The notes beneath the pieces were generated by a model. It did not search any database. It saw only the letters and a list, made by a program, of their open reading frames with translations, and was not told the DNA's origin. A DNA stretch of 63,870 nt, counting the filler, from Sandaracinaceae bacterium (GTDB lineage Bacteria > Myxococcota_A > Polyangia > Polyangiales > JADJQN01): the NCBI GenBank assembly GCA_947483975.1. It is 4 parts of 4 records of this genome, joined end to end, with 100 filler letters (N's around TTAATTAATTAA, not from the genome) between each part and the next. Parts side by side here need not be neighbours in the genome. Positions count along the whole stretch, not along the records: positions 17,423 to 34,671 come from CANKOL010000072.1; positions 34,772 to 51,947 come from CANKOL010000073.1; 2 more parts are not named here. One strand, given 5' to 3'. How positions within the stretch are numbered: position 1 is the first letter of the stretch; every line of letters starts with the position of its first letter. The position numbers and the translations under genes are program-made. Positions 29,735 to 39,865 of this stretch are shown one piece after another.

Positions 29735-31224
29735 TTCCCGCCTCCGAGCACGCGGCTCTTCAGCGAGTCGAAGTGGTCGAGCGCCGAGAGCGCACGCTCG
29801 CCGTACTTCTCGAGGAGCTTCGCGAGCGGACCGTCTTGGCCAGGCACGGTCTGCGCGTCGTCGGGCCCGTACATCTGCTCGACCATCTTCTCGACGGCGA
29901 GGCGCACTGCGCCGCGGGCCGGGAGGCGCGCGACGAGGCCGTACATCGCGGCGTTTCCGCGAGACCGCAGCTCGGGATGCGCCCGCACATGCGCGACCGA
30001 TGCGCGGAGATCGGCGACGTAGTCGTCGGCGATGGCGAGGTGATTCGCGGTCACCGTCAGGTGGATGGTGGTCGGGCGATGCTGCCGGTCGACGAGCCAG
30101 CCGCGGTCCTCCATCTGGTCGGCGACGGCGAAGGTGTCGAGCGCGGGGTCCGCGGAAGCCCAGCACACGATGGTCGCGGGATCGTCGGTGACGAGGCGCA
30201 GTCCGTCGATCGACGCGATACCGTCGCGGAGCTTTCGGGTCGCCTCCCAGGCGCGGCGAGCGAGGTCGACGAGCCCGTCTTCACCGAGCGCCTGCAGCCC
30301 CGCCCAGGCGGCGGCGATCGGGCCCCCGGGGCGAGTGCCCGGCATCGACGGCGAGACGTAGATGCCGCCGGGAAAATCGGTCGCGACGAAGAACTGATGC
30401 TTGAGATAGTCGATCGACCGATACGTGATGGTCGAGGCGCCCTTCGCCGCATAGCCGTACTTGTGGATGTCCGCGGAGATGCTGGTCACTCCGGGAATAC
30501 GGAAGTCCCAGAGCGGCATGGGAAGCCCGAGCTTCTCGAGGAACGGCAGCAAGAAGCCGCCGACGCACGCGTCGACGTGAAACGGCAGCCCCTTGGCGCG
30601 GGCGAGCTCGCCGAGCTCCGCGATCGGGTCGAGCACGCCGTGCGGATACTGGGGCGCAGACGCCGCGATCATCACGGTGTTGCGATCGATCAGGCGCGCG
30701 AGCTTCTTCACGTCGACGCGCATCTCGGCGTCGAGGGGCGCCTTCTTCAGGCGCACGCCGAAGTAATGCCCCGCCTTGTCGAACGCGGGGTGCGCGCTCA
30801 CGGGGAGCACGACGTTCGGGCGGCGAATCCACGGGCGCTTCTTGCGGGCGAGGTCGCGGTACGTCTTGACGGCGAGCAGCAGCGACTCGGTGCCGCCTGA
30901 GGTCATCGTGCCGACGGCGTTCGAGTCGCCGTGCAGCATGGTCGCGGTCATCCGCATGACCTCTTTCTCCATGCGCTTCAGGCTCTGGAAGGCCAGCGGG
31001 TTCAGCCCGTTCTCGGAGAAGAACTGCGCGTGCGCCTCCTTGAGGAACGCGGAGTGCGCGTCGCCGGCGTGATAGACGAGGCTGAAGACGCGCCCGCCCT
31101 TCCAGTCGACGTCGGCGCCGTGCAGCGCCCGGAGCGACTCGAGCAGCTCGGCGTGGGGGCGACCGTGCTCGGGCAGCGCACGAATCGGGGCGAGGGCGGC
31201 GGCGGAGGCGGGCGTGTTCGACAC
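29731..31224 (-). CDS. PLP-dependent sphingosine-1-phosphate lyase-like enzyme (group II decarboxylase fold)
   Basis: GTMTSGGTESLLLAVK, AHPAFDKA, SAPQYPHGVLDPI, HVDACVGGF, SISADIHKYGYAAKG. Confidence 0.85.
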   Translation of the reverse strand: MSNTPASAAALAPIRALPEHGRPHAELLESLRALHGADVDWKGGRVFSLVYHAGDAHSAFLKEAHAQFFSENGLNPLAFQSLKRMEKEVMRMTATMLHGDSNAVGTMTSGGTESLLLAVKTYRDLARKKRPWIRRPNVVLPVSAHPAFDKAGHYFGVRLKKAPLDAEMRVDVKKLARLIDRNTVMIAASAPQYPHGVLDPIAELGELARAKGLPFHVDACVGGFLLPFLEKLGLPMPLWDFRIPGVTSISADIHKYGYAAKGASTITYRSIDYLKHQFFVATDFPGGIYVSPSMPGTRPGGPIAAAWAGLQALGEDGLVDLARRAWEATRKLRDGIASIDGLRLVTDDPATIVCWASADPALDTFAVADQMEDRGWLVDRQHRPTTIHLTVTANHLAIADDYVADLRASVAHVRAHPELRSRGNAAMYGLVARLPARGAVRLAVEKMVEQMYGPDDAQTVPGQDGPLAKLLEKYGERALSALDHFDSLKSRVLGGGK

Positions 31225-31369
31225 GCCGCGCAGTGTACCCGTTTGGCGGGCTCGCGCGCCCCCGGACGAGCAGGCGCGGGCTCCCGCGCGGGGCGTGCAC
31301 CGACCGAGGCCGCGGTCGAGCGGCGCGGCAGGATTCCGCGCACAACCGGCCGAATGTGTGCGACGCTTC

Positions 31370-32695
31370 ATGGTCGACAGGGGGCTTTCGTACTTGTCAG
31401 CGCTTTCGAGATTCTTCGATCTCTCCTCGCTCGACGAGACGGAGCACGCTCGGAAGGCGGCGCTGCTGCGCTCGGTCATCCGGGCGATGATCGGCATGGC
31501 CGTGCTCGGCTTCGTCGCGTCGCTGGTCGACCGTCGGAACGACGTCCGCGTGGGCTTGGTGTTCTACGGCCTCGTCTCGCTGTGCATCTTCTGGCTCAGC
31601 CGCGCCGTGCGCAGCGGGCGCGTGGTGCTCGCGGCGTGGTCGGTGTCGGCGTTCGTGTGGAGCCTGATCGCGTTCGTGACGCTCTTCTTCGGTGGACTGC
31701 ACGGCGGGAACGCAGCGTGCTTCGCGGTGGTCGCGCTGCTGGTCGGCAGCGCGGTCAGCGGCCGAGCGGGCGTCGCCATCGCGGTGCTCTCGTCGGCTTG
31801 GTGCGCGGTGGTAGCGTTTCTCGAGATACGCGACGCGCTCCCGCCGCCGCTCGGTCCGTACAGCCCGGTGAACTCGTGGGCGGCCCTGACTGTCTCGCTG
31901 ATCCTGACGACGGTGCTGATGCGCAACGCGCTCGACTCCTTGCGTGCCCTGCACGCGAAGGCCGTCGAGAGCGCCCTCGCGCGCGACGCGGCGCTGCAGC
32001 GCTCCATTCAGGCGCAGAAGATGGAGCTGGTCGGCAAGCTCGCGGGGGGCGTCGCGCACGACTTCAACAACCTGCTGACGATCATCGGAACGGTCGCGGC
32101 GGCGCTCCGACTCGACGCCGAAGGCGGTGCGAGCAGCGACCCGGATTTGCTCGACGACCTCGACAACGCGACCGAGCGCGCGGTGCTGATGACGAGGCAG
32201 TTGCTGTCGTTCAGCCGCACGCAGCGAAGCGAACTGACGGACCTCGACCTCGACGCGCACGTGCGGGCCTTCGTCCCGATGCTGCAGCGCTTGGTGGGCC
32301 CGAAGGTCACCATCGACGTGCAGTCCGCGCCGGGCGCGATCGTCCGAGCGACGCGCGTGGGGCTCGAGCAGGTGCTGCTGAACCTCGCCGTGAACGCGAG
32401 CGATGCGATGCCGGAGGGCGGCTCGCTGAGCCTGCGAGTCCACGTCGAGTCGACCGCCGTGCGCCTGGTGGTCAGGGACTCCGGCGTGGGCATGGACGCC
32501 GACACGCAGGCGCGGATCTTCGCGCCGTTCTTCACGACGAAGAGCAGCGGCACGGGGCTCGGGCTGGCGACCGTGCGGGAGAAGGTCGGAGAGTTCGGCG
32601 GGACGATCACGGTCGACAGCGAGCTAGGCCGCGGGAGCACCTTCGAGGTTCGACTCTCGCGCCCGCCCGAGCGCGCGACGACTAAGCCCACCTGA
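31370..32695 (+). CDS. Membrane-bound sensor histidine kinase
   Basis: Multiple TM segments; QAQKMELVGKLAGGVAHDFNNLL, NLAVNASDAM, GTGLGL. Confidence 0.9.
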   Translation: MVDRGLSYLSALSRFFDLSSLDETEHARKAALLRSVIRAMIGMAVLGFVASLVDRRNDVRVGLVFYGLVSLCIFWLSRAVRSGRVVLAAWSVSAFVWSLIAFVTLFFGGLHGGNAACFAVVALLVGSAVSGRAGVAIAVLSSAWCAVVAFLEIRDALPPPLGPYSPVNSWAALTVSLILTTVLMRNALDSLRALHAKAVESALARDAALQRSIQAQKMELVGKLAGGVAHDFNNLLTIIGTVAAALRLDAEGGASSDPDLLDDLDNATERAVLMTRQLLSFSRTQRSELTDLDLDAHVRAFVPMLQRLVGPKVTIDVQSAPGAIVRATRVGLEQVLLNLAVNASDAMPEGGSLSLRVHVESTAVRLVVRDSGVGMDADTQARIFAPFFTTKSSGTGLGLATVREKVGEFGGTITVDSELGRGSTFEVRLSRPPERATTKPT

Positions 32696-32707
32696 CCGCG
32701 GGCAGAC

Positions 32708-34114
32708 TCAGCGGCGCACGAGTCGGTCGACGGCGACGCGCAGGGACGCGAGGTCGTGCACGGTGTGCGCCTCGTCGCAGAGCGGCTCGTAGAGGCGCAT
32801 CGCGCTGTCACCGAAGCCCCAGGCGCCGGGGGGCTCGGGGTTGAGCCAGAGGACGCGTCCGGCGCGGCGCTTGATCTCGCGGAGCGCCGGAGTGTTCGGA
32901 TCGTTGTAGTTGTTGCGGCCGTCGCCGAGGACCACGACCGTCGTGCGCGCGTCGAGGGCGTCTCGATACCGCTCGATGAAGTGGCCGAACGCGGCGCCGT
33001 AGTTGCTGTTGGACGCGACGCTGATGACGCTGCCTCCGTAGGCGAGCGCGATGGCGCGCTCCGGCTCGTGCGCGGCGAAGAGTTCGGTCGTCTCACCGAG
33101 ATCGGACACGAAGACGAACGAGCGCGTTCGCGCGAAGACCTCCTGCACCGCGTGCACGAAGACCAGCAGAAAGCGCGCCGCCGTGCGCACCGAGTCGCTC
33201 ACATCGCAGAGCAGCACGAGCTTCGGCCGGTCGCGGCGACGTCGGCGAAACACGGGACGAAACGGCAGCGCCCCCGTGCGAAACGACGTGCGAATCGTGC
33301 GTCGAACATCGAGAGGACCGCGGCGCGCGCGGCGACGGCGCACGGCGAGGCGGCCCTTGAGGCGCTCAGCGAGGCGCTCGACCTCAGCCATCACGCGAGC
33401 GACCTCGGCGCGGTCGAGCAGCGCGAACGAGCGCTCCTCCAGGCGAGCGCGACGCAGATCCTCGAACTGCGTCGTCGTCCGCCGGCTGAGCTCGTCTTGC
33501 ACGTACCGGCGACCGACCTGCCGCACCTTCTCGAGCTCCGCCGCGAGCGCCTCCGCGAGCGCATCGCCGCGCGCACCGAGCGCGTCGCGCAGCCGCTCAC
33601 GGAGCGCCCCGAGCTCCGTCTGCGCGCGCGGCACGCCGACGCGGTCGAGGACGCGCATCGTGAAGAAGCCGACCTGCATCGCGCTCTGGATGCGCTCGAT
33701 CTGGGCGCCGCGGCCGGCCATCGCGAGCAGCTGTTCGAGCTCCGCGCCGCCGGCGACGATGGTCGCGAGGCCCGTGCCGCCGCCCTGCGCCTGCTGGCCG
33801 CCGAGCGCCGCGAGCAGCTCGTCGAGCGCGCCGAGTTCGGCGTCCGAAAAGCCTTGCGAGCGCAGCCGATCGTGGAGATTTCCTTGCGCGCGTCCGTCGG
33901 CCGCGAAGAACGCGTCGAACGCGCGATCGAAGAGGGCGCGCTGCTCGAGGTCCTTGACCATCACGGAGCGGAGCGCGGCCTTGAGGTCGTCGCGGCGACC
34001 GAGCCCGACGGCCATCGCCGCGCGCTCGACGTCGATGGCCTCGACGGGCGAGAGGCGCAGCCCCGCGCGGCGCGCCGTGGAGACGAACTCGTGCAGGACC
34101 GTGTCGAGGGACAT
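32708..34114 (-). CDS. VWA domain protein, CoxE family
   Basis: LDVRRTIR, LVLLCDVSDSV, SNYGAAF, VVLGDGRNNY, WLNPEP. Confidence 0.9.
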   Translation of the reverse strand: MSLDTVLHEFVSTARRAGLRLSPVEAIDVERAAMAVGLGRRDDLKAALRSVMVKDLEQRALFDRAFDAFFAADGRAQGNLHDRLRSQGFSDAELGALDELLAALGGQQAQGGGTGLATIVAGGAELEQLLAMAGRGAQIERIQSAMQVGFFTMRVLDRVGVPRAQTELGALRERLRDALGARGDALAEALAAELEKVRQVGRRYVQDELSRRTTTQFEDLRRARLEERSFALLDRAEVARVMAEVERLAERLKGRLAVRRRRARRGPLDVRRTIRTSFRTGALPFRPVFRRRRRDRPKLVLLCDVSDSVRTAARFLLVFVHAVQEVFARTRSFVFVSDLGETTELFAAHEPERAIALAYGGSVISVASNSNYGAAFGHFIERYRDALDARTTVVVLGDGRNNYNDPNTPALREIKRRAGRVLWLNPEPPGAWGFGDSAMRLYEPLCDEAHTVHDLASLRVAVDRLVRR

Positions 34115-34126
34115 CGCGGGTCGAGC

Positions 34127-34671
34127 CTAGGGGGCGGGCTCGGCGAGCAGGAGCTCGACCTGCTGTCGGAGGCGCTGGAGCGCCGCGGCATCGGCGCCGA
34201 CGGTCAGCTCGCGCACCTGCCCCGCGCGGTCGATGACGACGAGCGTCGGCATCGCGGTCACCCCGTAGCGGCGGCTCGTTCCGCGGACGTCGCGCGCGAT
34301 CGTATAGGACACAGGTGAACGGGCGAGGTGCGCGCGCACCGTGTCGAGGCGCTCGTCGGTGAGGCCGAGCACCGTGAGCCCGCGGTCGTGATATTGGCGC
34401 GAGAGCCGGTCGAGCTCCGGCATCACCGCGCGACACGGACCGCACCAAGTCGCCCAAAAATCGAGCAGGACGACGCGACCGCGGAGCGCGTCGAGGCGCA
34501 CCGGGTCCGGACCCGCGATGAGCTCGGCGCCGAGCTCGGGCGCCGGCGCGCCGATGAGCGTGCCCCGCGTCGCTGCGGGGTCGCGCGGCACCGCCGCGAG
34601 GGTCGCGCGAACCGTGCGGAGGCTGCCCCCGCGACGGAGTTGAAGGCTCACGGCGCGCCCCGGCACCCACG
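34127..34671 (-). CDS. TlpA-family thiol:disulfide oxidoreductase (5' end cut by contig edge, probably PDZ-fused)
   Basis: VVLLDFWATWCGPC, YGVTAMPTLVVID. Confidence 0.88.
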
Positions 34672-34771
34672 NNNNNNNNNNNNNNNNNNNNNNNNNNNNN
34701 NNNNNNNNNNNNNNNTTAATTAATTAANNNNNNNNNNNNNNNNNNNNNNNNNNNNNNNNNNNNNNNNNNNN
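34672..34771. other. Artificial contig spacer
   Basis: 44 N + TTAATTAATTAA + 44 N. Confidence 0.98.
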
Positions 34772-35358
34772 AGCTTGGCGAGCCCGCGCGCGACGGCTGG
34801 GGGGAGCGGTGCGGTGGCCGCGCCGACCTGTTCGACCGCCGCGCTGAGCGCCGGGGGCGCCGTCAGCACGAGGCTGCCTTGACCCGTCGCGTCGACCTCG
34901 CGGAAGAACGCCATCAGCGCCGCGCGCTCCGCCGCGCCCAGCCCGAAGTTCGGCATCAGCCCGCGGCCGCGCGCCAGCATCCCGTCGATCTGCTCGGCCG
35001 AAGCGCGCCGCGCGACGTTCGTGAGATCGGGGCCGAGGAAGCCGCCCATCCCGTAGAGTTGGTGGCAGGACTCGCAGTTGTTCGAGCGCCAGAGGTCCTG
35101 CCCCACGCGCGCGGTGGCGCTGAGCGGCGCGGTCACGGGGCCTCCGACGTCCGTCCAGACGAGCGAGCCTTGGACGAAGAACGTCAGGGCGACGACGGCG
35201 TACGCGCTCACGCGCCAGCCGGGCGAGTGGCCCGCGAGGCGGCGAGCGACCTCGGCCGTGGCGCGCGCCCCCACGGGCGAGCGATGCGCGTCTGGGCACG
35301 GTTCGGCGGGACCTGGGGGGACGCGCGCGTCGCGTCCGATGCTCTCGATGGCGCTCAC
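34772..35358 (-). CDS. NorC-like membrane cytochrome c (3' end cut by contig edge)
   Basis: TM helix, then GQDLWRSNNCESCHQLYGMGGFLGPDLTNV ... MPNF; start uncertain. Confidence 0.7.
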
Positions 35359-35370
35359 GCCGCCACCCTC

Positions 35371-35386
35371 AGCAACCGCCGTGCCG
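35371..35386 (-). promoter_or_regulatory. Sigma54 (-24/-12) promoter upstream of the NorC-like gene
   Basis: CGGCACGGCGGTTGCT matches TGGCACG-N4-TTGC with GG-N10-GC spacing. Confidence 0.6.
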
Positions 35387-35562
35387 CGACCTCGAGGCCG
35401 CGCTCGCGCGAGGAAAATGCGCCAGTTGGGCCCTCGAGCCCAGCGCCTGACCGGCCATAGGCCGTGGCCCGTGCTGGCCCCGCCGTGCCTGCTCACGGCC
35501 CGCGTCGGGCACGGGCAGCTACGCAGGCGCTCTGCGCGCTGAGGACCGCGCTCGCGCGGGCC

Positions 35563-36774
35563 TCAGTTGGTGTGCACGACGACGCCGAGCACGCTGCTCC
35601 AGACGTAGTCGACCAAGCGCCCGCTCGGGGCGGGGAACTCCGCCTCGGAGGAGTAGTCGGCGCGCGTGTCGAGCCGAATCACGAGCGCGGGGTGCGGCTG
35701 ATAGTCGAGGGTGAGCGTGCCTGTCGCGAGGCGCGTGTGGGCTTGGACGTCACCGAGATACTCGCCGCGGAGGGCGAGCGCGAACTGCTCGCAGAGCGCC
35801 CAGCGCCCGGTGAGCATCGCGCCCCACTGCGTCGAGGCCCCGTCGGGGGCGTCCTCCGTGACGACGTCCACGTTGGTCGTCAGAGAGAACGTGCCATCGT
35901 CGTAGCTGCCGATGAAGTCGACGAGGTGCCGGAGGTGCGAGTTGTCCCCGTCGAGCTCCGGGCCACCGATGTAGCCGAGGGAGAGCGACCAAGGCTCGTC
36001 GGACCAAGCGACCATCGCGCCGAAGGTCTTGCCGCCGTTGTTGTCGATGAAGCTGTTCCAGCCATTGACCGCGATCGCGGTCACGGTGAGCGTGGGAGTC
36101 GCGCTCCAGGTGGCGCGAAGGCCGGTGTGATAGAGCGGCTGCAGCAGGTAGTAGACTGCGCCTCGAGTGTAGTTGGGATCGAGCCAGCTCTCAGAGAGCT
36201 CTGCGCCGACGAAGGTCGGGAACTCACCGAAGTCGAGCTGCAAATCCTCCGTAGGTTTCCAAGACGCGAACGCCGTGCTGATGAATTGCAGCCCTTCGGG
36301 CAGTCCGCTCGACGCGACTCCCATGTGCTGCGGCAGGCTCGCGCCGTAGCGCAATCCGACTGTCGCGCCGACGGGCTCGGGCGCGTAGGTGACGTCGAGC
36401 CCGACGAACGACAGCGTGGGGCCGCCGATCACGTCGAAGGCCCTGTGGCCGAGCGCCTCCGAGTGATCGCGCGAGAGCGGGTGTGGCAGGGTCCAGTGCA
36501 CTGCCATGTACGCGTCGACGAACGCGAGCAGCGTGAGGCCGGGGAACGGGTTGGTCGCGGTCGCGGTGAACGCCTCGGCCTCGGGTGCGGCCTCGGGCTC
36601 CGCCTCTGGGGCGGCTTCTGGCGCGGGCGTTTCCCCGGTCGCGGGGCTGGCCGCGGCGGGTCCCGTCGTCGGTGCCGCTGGCTCGATGGCGCCGTCCGGC
36701 GGCGCGTCTTGAGCGAGCGCCACGGCAGGAAACGCGAAGCACGCGGCGATCACGAACAGGCGGCAGGCTCTCAT
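35563..36774 (-). CDS. Outer-membrane beta-barrel porin (DUF1597/BBP2-like)
   Basis: Signal peptide, Pro/Ala/Glu linker, FVDAY, LDFGEFPTFVGAE, NYTRG, NGWN...DNNGGKT, LRGEY. Confidence 0.78.
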   Translation of the reverse strand: MRACRLFVIAACFAFPAVALAQDAPPDGAIEPAAPTTGPAAASPATGETPAPEAAPEAEPEAAPEAEAFTATATNPFPGLTLLAFVDAYMAVHWTLPHPLSRDHSEALGHRAFDVIGGPTLSFVGLDVTYAPEPVGATVGLRYGASLPQHMGVASSGLPEGLQFISTAFASWKPTEDLQLDFGEFPTFVGAELSESWLDPNYTRGAVYYLLQPLYHTGLRATWSATPTLTVTAIAVNGWNSFIDNNGGKTFGAMVAWSDEPWSLSLGYIGGPELDGDNSHLRHLVDFIGSYDDGTFSLTTNVDVVTEDAPDGASTQWGAMLTGRWALCEQFALALRGEYLGDVQAHTRLATGTLTLDYQPHPALVIRLDTRADYSSEAEFPAPSGRLVDYVWSSVLGVVVHTN

Positions 36775-36840
36775 GCCAGACCGAACGGCGGCGCGGTCGG
36801 GGGCTGTAGGGCAGGGAACGAGGTGCACGAGGGGCTCCGA

Positions 36841-38283
36841 TTATCTAGCCGTGGTTCGATCGGCGACGACGCGCGCGGCGAGCGCGACGAGCAGCTTCTC
36901 GTGAATGCCGCCGAACGCGCCATTCGACATGACGAGGATGACGTCGCCGGAGCGCGCCGCGTCGACGCAGGCGCGGATGACTCCGTCGAGGTCTGCGGGC
37001 GTCTCCGCGGTGCCGCCTTGGGCGCGAATGGCTTCGGCGATCTCGCGGACGTCGAGCCTCTGCTCGGCGGCGATCTCCGCACGCCCGACGGGCGCGAGCA
37101 CGGTGTGCTCGGCGGCGAGGAACGCGCTCGGGTAGTCGTCTTGGTGCGTCTTGCGGGAGGCCGTCGCGCTGCGCGGCTCGAAGGTCGCGATGATGCGTGC
37201 CTCGGGGTGCTTGGCGCGGAGCGCGCCGACGGTCTCGCGCACGGCCGTCGGGTGATGGGCGAAGTCGTCGTAGACGCGCACGCCGGCGGCCGTGCCGCGC
37301 AGCTCCTGGCGTCGCTTGATGCCGCCGAAGCCGGGGAGCGCGTGCGCGAGCTGCTGCACGCTCGTCGTCGTCCCCTCGGAGGCGAGCGCGATGGCGGCGA
37401 CGGCGTTGCGCACGTTGTGCAGGCCGGGCATCGGCGACATCACGCGCCCGCAGGCGCTGCCGCCGAAGAAGAGATCGAAGGGCTGCACGCCGTTCTCGAC
37501 CGGCGCGGGCGAGGCGGACCAGACGGGCGTGACGTCGCCGCAGTCGTCGCCCTCGACGGCGTAGAAGCGCACAGGGCAGCGCGCGGCCTTGGCGAGCGCG
37601 CGCACCTCGGGATCCCCCGCCCACGCGACGAGCAGGCCGTCGGCGGGGATGCGCGCGATGAACTCGACGAACGCCGCGCGATAGCTCTCCATCGTCGGGT
37701 AGATGTCGACGTGATCGTGCTCGATCGAGGTGAGGATCGCCGCGTGCGGCTTGTAGCGCCAGAACTTAGGGGACTTCTCGAAGAACGCGCTATCGTACTC
37801 GTCGCCCTCGATCACGAACGGCGAGCCGGGCGCGCCGAGGCGGAAGCTCTCGCCGAAGTCCTTTGGGATGCCGCCGACGAGGAAGCCGGGGTCTTTGCCG
37901 ACGGCGTGCAGCAGATAGGCGAGCATCGTCGTCGTCGTCGTCTTGCCGTGCGTGCCCGCGACGACGAAGCCCGGGCGCTCGGTGAGGAAGAGCGTCTCGA
38001 TCGCGCCGGGCATCGAGGTGTACGGAATCCCGCCGTCGATCGCCGCGCGCGCCTCGACGTTCTCTTTGCGGCAGACGTTGCCGACGACGACGAGGTCGGG
38101 GCGCGGGTCGAGGTGCGCCGGGTCGAAGCCCTCCATCGTCTCGACGCCCCACGACGCGAGCGCTGGGCCGATCGGCGGATAGAAGGCGGTGTCCGAGCCC
38201 GTGACGCGATGGCCCGCCTTGCGCAGCAGCCCCGCGAGCGCGCCCATCCCAGTTCCTGCCACTCCGATCAGGTGCACGTGCAT
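36841..38283 (-). CDS. mpl: Murein peptide ligase Mpl
   Basis: HLIGVAGTGMGALA, VAGTHGKTTTT, IEGDEYDSAFFEK, YDDFAHHPTA, FEPRS, MSNGAFGGIH. Confidence 0.93.
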   Translation of the reverse strand: MHVHLIGVAGTGMGALAGLLRKAGHRVTGSDTAFYPPIGPALASWGVETMEGFDPAHLDPRPDLVVVGNVCRKENVEARAAIDGGIPYTSMPGAIETLFLTERPGFVVAGTHGKTTTTTMLAYLLHAVGKDPGFLVGGIPKDFGESFRLGAPGSPFVIEGDEYDSAFFEKSPKFWRYKPHAAILTSIEHDHVDIYPTMESYRAAFVEFIARIPADGLLVAWAGDPEVRALAKAARCPVRFYAVEGDDCGDVTPVWSASPAPVENGVQPFDLFFGGSACGRVMSPMPGLHNVRNAVAAIALASEGTTTSVQQLAHALPGFGGIKRRQELRGTAAGVRVYDDFAHHPTAVRETVGALRAKHPEARIIATFEPRSATASRKTHQDDYPSAFLAAEHTVLAPVGRAEIAAEQRLDVREIAEAIRAQGGTAETPADLDGVIRACVDAARSGDVILVMSNGAFGGIHEKLLVALAARVVADRTTAR

Positions 38284-38336
38284 CGCGCGCGAATCTACGC
38301 GCGCGCCGATCGACGGCCAACTTTGCGGGCGACGCG

Positions 38337-38729
38337 CTAGCTCGGGCGCTTCGCGGGAGCCTTCTTGGTCGTCGCCTTCTTCGAGGCGCGCGGCTTCGGG
38401 GCGGGCTTGCGCGTGGCGGCGTCGATCGCGAGCTTGGCCCAGAGGGCCATCTCGTCGGCGGAGTCCATCGCCGACTCGGGCGCGCTCCAGTAGCTGAGCG
38501 TCACGGGCGCGTCCTTGCTCGCGTAGACGAACGGCTCGCACTCCGCCTCTTCGAAGCGCGGCTGCGTCTCGGCGTCGACCTTCAGATAGAGGCGCCCGTC
38601 GATGACGATCGCGATGAAGAGGTCGTCGACGTACACGCCGTGTCCGCCGAACATCCGCCGCGTCGAGACGTGCCCGAGCGGATCGAGGAGCTCGTGCAAG
38701 TACTCGAGGAAGCCGTCGTCACGCGCCAC
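38337..38729 (-). CDS. TfoX N-terminal domain protein
   Basis: RRMFGGHGVY, LYLKVD, PFVY, SYW; Lys/Ala-rich tail. Confidence 0.88.
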   Translation of the reverse strand: MARDDGFLEYLHELLDPLGHVSTRRMFGGHGVYVDDLFIAIVIDGRLYLKVDAETQPRFEEAECEPFVYASKDAPVTLSYWSAPESAMDSADEMALWAKLAIDAATRKPAPKPRASKKATTKKAPAKRPS

Positions 38730-39708
38730 GGGAGGGAGCCTCCAATGCGCGCTTGGCTGGCGCCGCGATCGACGCGGCCGTCAGCACGACGAGGGTCGTC
38801 CAGAGCAGATCCGCGTTGAAGAGATGGAGCAGCTGCATCCACACCGGCGCGAGGAACGCGAGGTTCACGAAGCCGAACGCGAGCTGCAGGGTCAGGAGCA
38901 CGAAGACCAGCGTCGAGGCGCGCTTGACGGCGACGGTCGGGCGCGCGGCGCTCGCGATGGTCACGGCGACGACGAGGTAGACCGCGAGCGTCATCGCGAG
39001 GATCGGGTGCAGGAGGCGCAGGCGCAGCAGGAAGTGCCCGCCGGGCGTCAGGTCCTGCGCGAGGCCGTGCGCGAGGCTCGCGGCGGGGAAGAGCGTGTCG
39101 GCGAGCGCGGCCTGCGCGCCGAAGGTCGCGACGAGGAGCGCGGCGCCGAGCGCGACGAACATCGTCTTGCCGAGCGCGCCCGACGAGCGCAGCGGCGCGT
39201 GCGGCTGACCGCCGCCGTGCCACGCCGTCAGGCCGAGCCACGCGAGGAGGAGGAACGTGTTGACGAGGTGGAGCGCCATCCAGATCGCGCGCCCGACCGA
39301 CGCGTCCTCGGCGACGTATTGGAACTTCACGAGCAGCATCCCGAGGAGCGACTCGCTGAGGATGAAGACGCCGGAGAGGAGCGCGTAGCGGCGCACGATG
39401 TGCCCGCGCGGCGTCACGAAGAACGCGGCGACGGCGAGCGCGAGCACGAGCAAGCCGGAGAGCCCGGAGGTCAGGCGGTGCGCGTACTCGATCTGCGTCG
39501 CGGTGTCGGCGAAGCTCGGGATGATGCGGCCGTGGCAGTCGGGCCAGTGGTCGCCGCAGCCCGCGCCGCTCTTGGAGGCGCGGACGAACGCGCCCCAGAC
39601 GATCACGCCGATGGTGTAGGCGAGCACGCCCCACGCGGTGCGCGCGAACCAAGCGGGCGGCGTGGGCGCGCTCGCGAGGGGCTGGCTCGGCGCGGGGTCG
39701 GGGGGCAT
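38719..39708 (-). CDS. ctaA: Heme A synthase (CtaA/COX15)
   Basis: GAGCGDHWPDCHG, IEYAHRLTSG, conserved His residues in TM helices. Confidence 0.85.
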   Translation of the reverse strand: MPPDPAPSQPLASAPTPPAWFARTAWGVLAYTIGVIVWGAFVRASKSGAGCGDHWPDCHGRIIPSFADTATQIEYAHRLTSGLSGLLVLALAVAAFFVTPRGHIVRRYALLSGVFILSESLLGMLLVKFQYVAEDASVGRAIWMALHLVNTFLLLAWLGLTAWHGGGQPHAPLRSSGALGKTMFVALGAALLVATFGAQAALADTLFPAASLAHGLAQDLTPGGHFLLRLRLLHPILAMTLAVYLVVAVTIASAARPTVAVKRASTLVFVLLTLQLAFGFVNLAFLAPVWMQLLHLFNADLLWTTLVVLTAASIAAPAKRALEAPSRGA

Positions 39709-39865
39709 CGGAGTCGGCGCGACTCTGAGACCGCGCGCGTGGGGCCGCAAGTGCGGGCGCCGTGCCGGGTGCGGGGCGGCGGGTGCGGGCGCGTTGACTC
39801 GCCGCGCGCGCTGCCTACACTCGCGCTCGCTCAATCCGCGCGTCTCGCGCTCACGAGGAGTTCTG

